From Candidatus Bipolaricaulia bacterium (GTDB lineage: Bacteria > Bipolaricaulota > Bipolaricaulia > RBG-16-55-9), in NCBI GenBank assembly GCA_042219045.1, contig JBDGQO010000007.1, positions 1-14,067 of the forward strand: DNA of 14,067 nucleotides, given 5' to 3'. Positions 7,479-14,067 of the stretch are shown here, piece after piece. The notes beneath the pieces were generated by a model, which saw only the letters and a program-made list of their open reading frames with translations, had not been told where the DNA came from and searched no databases. How positions within the stretch are numbered: position 1 is the stretch's first letter; every line of letters begins with the position of its first letter. A program made the position numbers and the translations under genes.

Positions 7479-8588
7479 ATGAGCGAGGATAAGCTTGCAA
7501 GCCGCCGATCCTGGATCGCGCTCAACGCGATCCCGAACCTGTCGCCGGCGAAGTTCACGCTGTTGCTAGCCCACTTCGCCTCGCCCGAGGCCATCTGGGA
7601 CGCTTCCCCAGAACAACTGGCAGCTGTTCCCGGGTTTGAGCGATCAGTCGACACGTTTGTCCGGCATCGCCGGCAGTTGGACGTCGACCGCGAGCTGGCG
7701 GAGATCGAGCGCCTGGGCTTGGACGTTGTGACCCTCGCGGACGACGGCTATCCGAATGCGCTTCGGGCGATCGATCATCCGCCGCCCGTGCTGTATCTCA
7801 AGGGCGATCTCGTGGAAAAGGACCGCGTAGCCGTGGCCGTCGTGGGCACGCGTAAGCCGAGCGATTATGGCCGCATGGTTGCGGAAAAGCTCGCCAAGGA
7901 GCTGGGCGAGCGCGGCTTCACGGTCGTGAGCGGCATGGCGCTCGGCGTGGACACGGCCGCCCATCAAGGGGCGCTGGGCCAAAGCGCTCGAACGTTGGCG
8001 GTTTTGGGCGGCGGCTTCGGCCATGTCTACCCGCAGCAGAACGTGCCCCTGATCGACGAGATCGCCGCGTCGGGCGCCGTGCTGAGCGAGTTCGCCACCG
8101 GCACCAAGCCGGACCGCTGGACGTTTCCCCAACGGAATCGCGTCATCAGCGGCCTGACCCGCGGGACGATCGTCGTCGAAGCGGGTGAGAAAAGCGGCGC
8201 GTTGATTACGGCCAAGTGCGCCACGCAGCAGGGCCGCGAGGTCTTCGCCGTGCCCGGCCCGATCACCAAAGCAAGCAGCCGCGGCGCCCACCGGCTCATC
8301 CAACAAGGGGCGAAGCTGATCGTCGACGTGGACGACGTCCTGGAGGAGTTTCCCGATCTCCACGAGACGCTGGGGACGGAATCGCCACGAGCGGCCCACC
8401 AAGGAGTCGATCTACCGCCCGCGGAGGCGAAGGTCTTCGGGGCGCTCGACTACGAGCCGATCCACTTTGACGATCTCGTCGAGCGGACCGAGGCCAGCAC
8501 CACGGAGGTCTCGCTGGCGCTGTTCCAGCTGGAGGCCAAGGGGCTCATCAAGGAACTGGCCGGCAAGCGCTACGCCAAGTTGCCCTGA
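7479..8588 (+). CDS. dprA: DNA-processing protein DprA (Smf)
   Basis: YPNALRAIDHPPPVLYLKG, VAVVGTR, VSGMALGVDTAAH, FPQRNRVISG, VEAGEKSGALITA, GREVFAVPG, C-terminal winged-helix segment. Confidence 0.97.
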   Translation: MSEDKLASRRSWIALNAIPNLSPAKFTLLLAHFASPEAIWDASPEQLAAVPGFERSVDTFVRHRRQLDVDRELAEIERLGLDVVTLADDGYPNALRAIDHPPPVLYLKGDLVEKDRVAVAVVGTRKPSDYGRMVAEKLAKELGERGFTVVSGMALGVDTAAHQGALGQSARTLAVLGGGFGHVYPQQNVPLIDEIAASGAVLSEFATGTKPDRWTFPQRNRVISGLTRGTIVVEAGEKSGALITAKCATQQGREVFAVPGPITKASSRGAHRLIQQGAKLIVDVDDVLEEFPDLHETLGTESPRAAHQGVDLPPAEAKVFGALDYEPIHFDDLVERTEASTTEVSLALFQLEAKGLIKELAGKRYAKLP

Positions 8589-8660
8589 CCCCCCCGATGT
8601 GTCATCATTGCCCCGTTCTCAGTCCCAAATCACCGGAAGGTCACAGGAGGTCAGTCGACG

Positions 8661-9089
8661 ATGGATCAGGAGCAGACGCTGGTGTTGTTGAAACCCGATA
8701 CGGTGGAACGCGGGCTCATGGGGGAGATGATCACCCGCCTGGAACAGAAGCGCCTGCAAGTAACCGCGATGAAGATGATGCACGTCGATCGGGCCATGGC
8801 GGAGGAGCACTACGACGAGCACCGCGATAAGCCCTTCTTCGGCGACCTGATCGGCTTTATCACGTCGGGGCGGGTCGTGGCCATGGTCGTCGAGGGCCCC
8901 CAAGCGATCAGCGTCGTGCGCGCTATGATGGGGGCGACGAACCCCTTCGAGGCCCAGTCCGGCACCATCCGCGGCGACTTCGGGCTCGACCTGACCGCCA
9001 ATCTCGTGCATGGGTCGGACTCGCCCGAGTCGGCCGAGAGCGAGATCGAGCGCTTCTTCGACGCCGAGGAGATCCTTCAAGTGGGCTGA
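8661..9089 (+). CDS. ndk: nucleoside-diphosphate kinase
   Basis: TLVLLKPD, HYDEHRDKPFF, GATNP, GTIRGDF, catalytic NLVHGSDS; SD AGGAGG upstream. Confidence 0.98.
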   Translation: MDQEQTLVLLKPDTVERGLMGEMITRLEQKRLQVTAMKMMHVDRAMAEEHYDEHRDKPFFGDLIGFITSGRVVAMVVEGPQAISVVRAMMGATNPFEAQSGTIRGDFGLDLTANLVHGSDSPESAESEIERFFDAEEILQVG

Positions 9090-9127
9090 GGAGCTCCCCA
9101 GCCGTCCGACGTTCGAGGCTCGAGATC

Positions 9128-9547
9128 ATGGAAGCTCCAGAGGACGCGCGCGTCATCTTCGTCTGCGTCGGCAACTCCTGCCGCAGCCAGATGGCGCAGG
9201 GACTCTTCAATCACCTGGCAAAAGAACGGGATCTGGCGAGGACGGCGCACAGTGCCGGCACGCAGCCCGAGGGTCAGGTTAGCCCGGAAGCGATTGACGT
9301 CATGAGCGAACGGGGCATCGACATCTCACACCACACCCCCGATCGCGTCGAGCCCCACCAACTGGCAAACTATGACTATGTGATCACGATGGGCTGCGAC
9401 GACCGGAACGTCTGCCCATCGACGTTCCGCGGCGACGCGCGCGATTGGGAGATTCGCGATCCGAAGGGTCAGTCAATCGACGTGTTCCGGACCGTTCGCG
9501 ACGAGATCGAGCACCGCGTGCGCGAACTGCTTGCCGAGTTGACCTAG
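9128..9547 (+). CDS. arsC: thioredoxin-dependent arsenate reductase (LMW-PTP family)
   Basis: P-loop CVGNSCRSQMA (CX5R), resolving cysteines in VITMGC and NVCP, and W..DP. Matches the three-Cys ArsC pattern. Confidence 0.8.
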   Translation: MEAPEDARVIFVCVGNSCRSQMAQGLFNHLAKERDLARTAHSAGTQPEGQVSPEAIDVMSERGIDISHHTPDRVEPHQLANYDYVITMGCDDRNVCPSTFRGDARDWEIRDPKGQSIDVFRTVRDEIEHRVRELLAELT

Positions 9548-9570
9548 CGAGCATTGAGGCAATGATTGCC

Positions 9571-9771
9571 ATGACGAACACGCTCGCAACGCTCACGTGG
9601 CCCCAATGCAGTCGGCCGAGCCGGGTAGCTATGGCTGAGGATCACAGCCGGATCCGCTACACCTGCCCGCACCGTGAGACGACACTCTCCCCCCATAAGG
9701 CCGACGATTGCGGCGTTGGCTCCTCCTACGGGACGCGGCCCTGCCCGTCGGAGCAAGAGCGGGCCGGGTGA
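9571..9771 (+). pseudogene. degenerate, Cys-depleted GDCCVxC-domain-like small protein (66 aa; pseudogene or neofunctionalised)
   Basis: MTNTLATLTWPQC...M...YTCPHR..LSP..DDCGVGSSYGTRPCPSEQ matches the remembered family pattern TxTCPxC..M..C..YxCxxC..L.P..GDCCVFCSYG..PCP..Q, with several Cys replaced. Frame is intact. Alternative ATG at 9562. Confidence 0.6.
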
Positions 9772-9846
9772 CCGAATCGTCGCCGGCGACGTCCTCCCTC
9801 CCGAAGCCCTGGTCGGATTGCGCTGCGTCCCTTACGATACGGAGTC

Positions 9847-10764
9847 ATGGCCATCCCCGAATCAGCCGGTCTTCATCCCCAAGCGCGTGCCGTGCGCCTG
9901 TCGCTGCTCGCGCTGACCTTCGGCATCGTTGGCATCGCGTTCTCGCCGATCTTTGTTCGGCTCAGCCTCATCGGCCCAATCGCCACGGGATTCTATCGCT
10001 TCGCCTTGGCCCTGCCGCTGTTGGCGCTCTGGATGCGGCAAGAGAACCGCTCGAGGGCCGCAGCCGCTCCGTCGAAGACCCCGCGGGAGTACGCTCGACT
10101 GATGCTGGCGGGCGTGTTCATCGGGCTTGACCTGTCGCTGTGGCACTGGGCGATCGTCTCCACGTCTGTCGCCAATGCCACGCTGTTCGCCAACTTTGCC
10201 TCATTGTTCGTCACCATTGGCGCCTGGCTGTTCTTCGGCGACCGCATCACGCGACTGTTCTTGATCGGCCTGTCCCTGGCGTTGTTGGGCGCCAGCGGCA
10301 TGATGCTCGACGACGTCTCGCTCGGCGCGTCCCACATCGTCGGCAATCTGCTCGCGCTCGGGGCGGCCGTGTTCTACGCGGGGTATCTGCTCTCGGTCAA
10401 GAGCCTGCGCGCGCAGTTCTCCACGGCCACCGTCATGACCTGGAGCGCCGTCGGCGCCGGGGGAGCCATGCTCGTGCTGGCGCTTTTGACCGAAAGCCAG
10501 TTCGTCGCGACGAGCCTGACGGGCTGGCTCGTGCTCGCGGGACTGGCGTGGATCTCGCATGCCGGTGGCCAAGGCCTGATCGCGTTCTCCTTCCGCCAAC
10601 TGCCGGCGTCGTTCAGCTCGGTCAGTCTGCTGCTGCAACCTGTCTTGGCGGCGCTGTTCGCCTGGGTGCTGTTGAGCGAGCCGCTCTCGCTCGGGCAGGG
10701 CGTGAGCGGCCTGGTCGTGTTGGTCGGGATCATGATTGCGCGACGCGGCAGTCGGTTTGTCTGA
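9847..10764 (+). CDS. DMT/EamA family transporter
   Basis: 305 aa, about 10 hydrophobic segments; FSPIFVR, FYRF, TSVANAT, HAGGQG, LLQPV..A..AW.LL.E; GGAG before the ATG. Confidence 0.92.
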   Translation: MAIPESAGLHPQARAVRLSLLALTFGIVGIAFSPIFVRLSLIGPIATGFYRFALALPLLALWMRQENRSRAAAAPSKTPREYARLMLAGVFIGLDLSLWHWAIVSTSVANATLFANFASLFVTIGAWLFFGDRITRLFLIGLSLALLGASGMMLDDVSLGASHIVGNLLALGAAVFYAGYLLSVKSLRAQFSTATVMTWSAVGAGGAMLVLALLTESQFVATSLTGWLVLAGLAWISHAGGQGLIAFSFRQLPASFSSVSLLLQPVLAALFAWVLLSEPLSLGQGVSGLVVLVGIMIARRGSRFV

Positions 10765-10768
10765 TTTA

Positions 10769-10857
10769 CAGACCACCGCACAAGTCGAGTCAACCTGGGG
10801 TCGCAACGTTGGCCCCGCTTACAGCAACTGCCTTGACCGGACTTTCGCGGTAATCAG
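10769..10857 (+). mobile_element. MITE-like element, copy 1 (89 bp)
   Basis: Imperfect terminal inverted repeats CAGACCACCGCACAAGTCGAGTCAA ... TTGACCGGACTTTCGCGGTAATCAG, TA on both sides (10767-68, 10858-59), non-coding, and a second inverted copy at 13722-13810. Confidence 0.75.
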
Positions 10858-10991
10858 TAAGGTCCCCAGTGGGCCGATGCGCACGTATCGAAACCTGCGT
10901 AAGTCGGCTTACGGTCAACGGAGCCCCGCGTCGGTATGCTCCTGAGGCGAGTTGACAGCTCCAGCCCGACAATTACGATGGAGGTAACGAG

Positions 10992-11720
10992 ATGGAGATC
11001 CGACTGGACTTGCTCGCCTGGTCGTTTAGTGCCGGCATCGCCGCGTTTTTCAACCCGTGTGGATTCGCGATGCTCCCCGCCTACGTCGCCCACTACTTGG
11101 GCCGGAACGCCCAAGAGGACAACGCCGCCAGCGTGCAGACGGTCCTCAAGGGGATCAGCCTGGGCGCCATTGTCAGCGGCGGCTTCCTAACGACATTCGC
11201 CATCCTGGGCGTCGCCGCGGCGCCGCTGGGAAGCGCCATCGGCGACTACATCCATTGGGCCGGCACGATCATCGGCGGCTTGCTGGTGATCCTGGGCATC
11301 CTGATGCTGCTCGGGAACACGGGGCTGTCCGTCGCCGCCATCGAGCGTCTCGCCGATCGCATCTCGGCAGCCGGCCAGGACGACAGCGGCACGCGCGGAT
11401 TGAAGTTCTACTACTTCTACGGCATCGCCTACGCCGTGGCGTCGGTGGGCTGCACGCTGCCGATCTTCATGATCGTGCTGCAGAGCGCGATCCAGGGCGG
11501 CTTCGCCAACAGCGTCGTCCAGTTCGGGGCCTATGCGCTGGGCATGTCGATCATGATGCTGGGACTGTCGGTCATCATGGTACTGTCCAAGGGGCTGATC
11601 CAGCGCGCCATGCCCGTGCTCATGCAGGGCATCCGCTGGGTCGGCGGGGTCATCGTCATCGGCGCCGGCGGCTACCTCGTCTGGTACAACGTCGTCTACG
11701 CTGGCCTCATCTCCCTCTAA
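10992..11720 (+). CDS. ccdA: CcdA/DsbD-type transmembrane disulfide electron transporter
   Basis: Redox cysteine motifs FFNPCGFAMLPAY and ASVGCTLPIF, about 6 TM segments, YALGM; SD GGAGG at 10980-10984. Confidence 0.85.
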   Translation: MEIRLDLLAWSFSAGIAAFFNPCGFAMLPAYVAHYLGRNAQEDNAASVQTVLKGISLGAIVSGGFLTTFAILGVAAAPLGSAIGDYIHWAGTIIGGLLVILGILMLLGNTGLSVAAIERLADRISAAGQDDSGTRGLKFYYFYGIAYAVASVGCTLPIFMIVLQSAIQGGFANSVVQFGAYALGMSIMMLGLSVIMVLSKGLIQRAMPVLMQGIRWVGGVIVIGAGGYLVWYNVVYAGLISL

Positions 11721-11740
11721 GTTGGCCCCTCGAAAATCGA

Positions 11741-11769
11741 ATCCCCTGGGCGAGTGCTGTCCAGGGGAT
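11741..11769. terminator. stem-loop between convergent ccdA and CoA-disulfide reductase genes
   Basis: ATCCCCTGG (11741-49) / CCAGGGGAT (11761-69) form a perfect 9-bp stem, extendable by G-U pairs. The minus strand is followed by TCGATTTT. Confidence 0.6.
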
Positions 11770-11799
11770 CTCGTGATGGGAAGCTGACGGGCTCGCCCT

Positions 11800-13506
11800 T
11801 TAGCTGGCCACGGTTCGGGTCGCGGCTGCGCGCTGCATCATCATGCCGCCGGACAGCGTCGCCACCTGCGAGAACCCCTGTTGCCGCAATAGCCGGGTCG
11901 CAAAGTAGGCGCGCTGGCCGATGCCACAGACCGTCACGACGGGGCGATTCGGGTCGAGCTCGTTCAGGCGCTCGCGCAGCTCGCCGAGCGGGATGCGGAT
12001 GGCGTCCTCCAGACAGCCCGAGCCCCATTCGTCGGGATCGCGCACGTCGAGCCACTGGACGTCTCCGTCGTAGCCGTCGACACCCGTCGTCACGTAGGGG
12101 GGGACTTCGCGGTCCATGCCGCTGTGGACGTTCTGGGCCACGAACGCGGCCAAGTGGATCGGGTCCTTGGCGGCACCGAAGGGGGGCGCGTAGGCGAGAT
12201 CGAGCGAGGCCAGGTCGTCCACGGTTGCTCGGAAGTAGAGCGCGCTCGCAAGGACGTCGATCCGCTTGTCCACGCCGGCGCCGCCCACGACTTGCGCTCC
12301 GAGCACCCGGCCGTCGCCGCGGGCAAAAACGAGCTTGACGGTCATTGTCTCGGCCCCCGGGTAGTAGCCGGCATGGTGCTTGGCCGGCACCCAGACGGCC
12401 TGGGCGTCGTAGCCCTGGTCTGCGGCTTGTTGCTCGGAGAGGCCCGTCATGGCCGCGGTCGTGTCGAACACGCGCACGATCGCCGTGCCGAACACCGGGG
12501 CCATGGCGGGCGCGTCGTCGCGCGCGGCGTGTTCGCCCGCGATCCGCCCCGCGCGGTTGGCCGGGCCCGCTAAGGGCACTCGGGCCGGTTGGCCGGTGAC
12601 CCCATGTGAGTATTCGACGGCGTCGCCGACGGCATAGATGGTCGGGTCGCTCGTCTGCATGCGGTTGTTGACGGCAATGCCGCCGGACGGGCCGATCTCC
12701 AGATTGGACCGTTCTGCCAGCGAGGTGTGGGGCTTGACGCCGATGCCGAGAATGGCCATGTCGACGTCGACGCTGCTGCCGTCCTGCAAGTGGACGCGGT
12801 CCACGGGAGGATTGTCGCTGGGGCTGGCCATCGACGAACTGAACCCGGCGAGGCCGTTACCCAACCGAACGTCGATGCCCTGTCTCGCCAGCTCGGATTC
12901 GACCATCCCCGCCATGTCCGGGTCCATGATGGGCATGACCTGCTCCATTAGTTCGATGAGCGTCACTTCAATGCCGAGCCCGTGCAGCATCTCGACCATC
13001 TCCAGGCCGATGTAGCCCGCGCCGACGACGGCTGCCCGTCGGGGATGCTTGCTGTCGATGAACGACTTGATGCCGTCGGTGTCCGCAACGTTGCGCAGCG
13101 TGAAGACGTTGGGCGCGTTGCTACCCGCAAAGGGCGGAACGATGGGCGTGGCTCCCGGTGCCAGGATGAGTCGATCGTAGGGCTGGTCGTAACAGCGGTC
13201 GGCCGCACGGTCCCAGACGTTCAGCGTCTGTTGCTCGCGATCGATAGCGAGGGCCTCGTTGCACGTGCGGGCGTCGACCCTGAACCAGTCGCAGAAGCGC
13301 TCCGGCGAGGCGATCAGCAGGCTGTCACGGTTGGGAATCTCCCCGCCGATGTAGTAGGGCAACCCGCAGTTGGCGAAGGACACGTGCTGGTCCTTCTCCA
13401 GCATGATGATCTCGGCCGATTCGTCCATGCGGCGGGCGCGGGCGGCCGCGGACGCACCGCCCGCGACGCCGCCGACGATCACGATGGTGCGACGCTCGGT
13501 TGTCAT
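11800..13506 (-). CDS. CoA-disulfide reductase-rhodanese fusion (CoADR-RHD/Npsr-like persulfide reductase)
   Basis: ATG at 13506 (MTTERR) with upstream AGGAGG. FAD motif GGVAGGASAA, redox motif SFANCGLPY, NAD motif GAGYIGLE, TSDPTIYAVGD, YAPPF, and a C-terminal rhodanese domain (LDVR..EW, active-site VCGIGQRA). 568 aa. Confidence 0.92.
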   Translation of the reverse strand: MTTERRTIVIVGGVAGGASAAARARRMDESAEIIMLEKDQHVSFANCGLPYYIGGEIPNRDSLLIASPERFCDWFRVDARTCNEALAIDREQQTLNVWDRAADRCYDQPYDRLILAPGATPIVPPFAGSNAPNVFTLRNVADTDGIKSFIDSKHPRRAAVVGAGYIGLEMVEMLHGLGIEVTLIELMEQVMPIMDPDMAGMVESELARQGIDVRLGNGLAGFSSSMASPSDNPPVDRVHLQDGSSVDVDMAILGIGVKPHTSLAERSNLEIGPSGGIAVNNRMQTSDPTIYAVGDAVEYSHGVTGQPARVPLAGPANRAGRIAGEHAARDDAPAMAPVFGTAIVRVFDTTAAMTGLSEQQAADQGYDAQAVWVPAKHHAGYYPGAETMTVKLVFARGDGRVLGAQVVGGAGVDKRIDVLASALYFRATVDDLASLDLAYAPPFGAAKDPIHLAAFVAQNVHSGMDREVPPYVTTGVDGYDGDVQWLDVRDPDEWGSGCLEDAIRIPLGELRERLNELDPNRPVVTVCGIGQRAYFATRLLRQQGFSQVATLSGGMMMQRAAATRTVAS

Positions 13507-13721
13507 GGCGAAAACTCGACCTCCTGAGTCGATTGGCTTCGGACCTTCAGTCGGGCTCGATCGTTGTCTGTTATTGAGTTGCGAAACTTTGAAACTATGG
13601 CAGTATGGGCTGGACGTCGACCGCCAGCAATGACCTCCATCATCTCGATTGAGATCGGCCGATGCGCGGTTCGTCCGCGTTCGGGTCATCGGGGCCGACA
13701 GACGAGCTGTTGCTGAGAATC

Positions 13722-13810
13722 CTGATCACCGCGAAAGTCCAGTCAAGTCAATTGCTGTCAGCGGGGTCAACGCTGCGACCGTAGGTTGACTCGACTTTTG
13801 CGGTGGTCTG
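13722..13810 (-). mobile_element. MITE-like element, copy 2 (89 bp, inverted relative to copy 1)
   Basis: 13722-13813 aligns ungapped with the reverse complement of 10766-10857 at 82/92. TAA follows the outer end; the inner flank is TC rather than TA. Confidence 0.75.
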
Positions 13811-14067
13811 TAAGCTGCGACGAGTCGTGGCCCTCGCCGAAGTTCAGCTTGCGGAGGAACGCCGGATTACGGTTGCCCGCCGGCTCCTACGCTGCACGGC
13901 TATCGGGGAACGCGAGTCCGATCACGTTTCGCTCACGTAACCAATTCCTGTCTTATCTTACAAACATAGACATGGTCACACACTCGTGATGTGGGTCATT
14001 GGATTGCGGAGGATATCGCTCTTAATTTTGCAATAGCGGTGAACTTGCCGCGCCCTCATCGCTCGCT

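Noticed and set aside
5216..9080. Minus-strand ORFs 5216-6094, 6309-7007, 7644-8402 and 8619-9080
   Set aside because: Antisense shadows of well-supported plus-strand genes.
13507..13689. 61-aa N-terminal extension of CoADR-RHD
   Set aside because: AT-richer promoter-like DNA; an SD and the FAD-binding motif support the ATG at 13506.
13786..13989. 67-aa plus-strand ORF
   Set aside because: Begins with TTG inside the MITE-like repeat, has no recognisable motifs, and runs into AT-rich intergenic sequence.
1..14067. CRISPR array, integrase or att duplication of the tRNA 3' end
   Set aside because: I saw no regularly spaced direct repeats, no recombinase or transposase ORF, and no second copy of the tRNA 3' end.

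Overview
GC-rich bacterial chromosomal window. Left to right: tRNA-Val(CAC) (-) with a clear sigma70-type promoter; a minus-strand operon of an archaeal-type metallophosphoesterase, folB, folK, RNase G/E (probable ATT start, no Zn-link) and a group II PLP decarboxylase; a divergent, overlapping pair of an extended SDR and a serine-palmitoyltransferase-like alpha-oxoamine synthase (candidate sphingolipid/aminolipid module); dprA, ndk, a thioredoxin-type arsC, a cysteine-depleted GDCCVxC-like small ORF and a DMT/EamA transporter. The most striking unannotated structure is two inverted copies of an 89-bp MITE-like element (10769-10857 and 13722-13810; 82/92 identical by manual alignment; each has its own terminal inverted repeats, with TA at both outer ends). 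They bracket a convergent thiol-redox pair, ccdA and a CoA-disulfide reductase-rhodanese fusion, forming a candidate transposase-less composite mobile cassette. All family calls come from motif recognition, not database searches.
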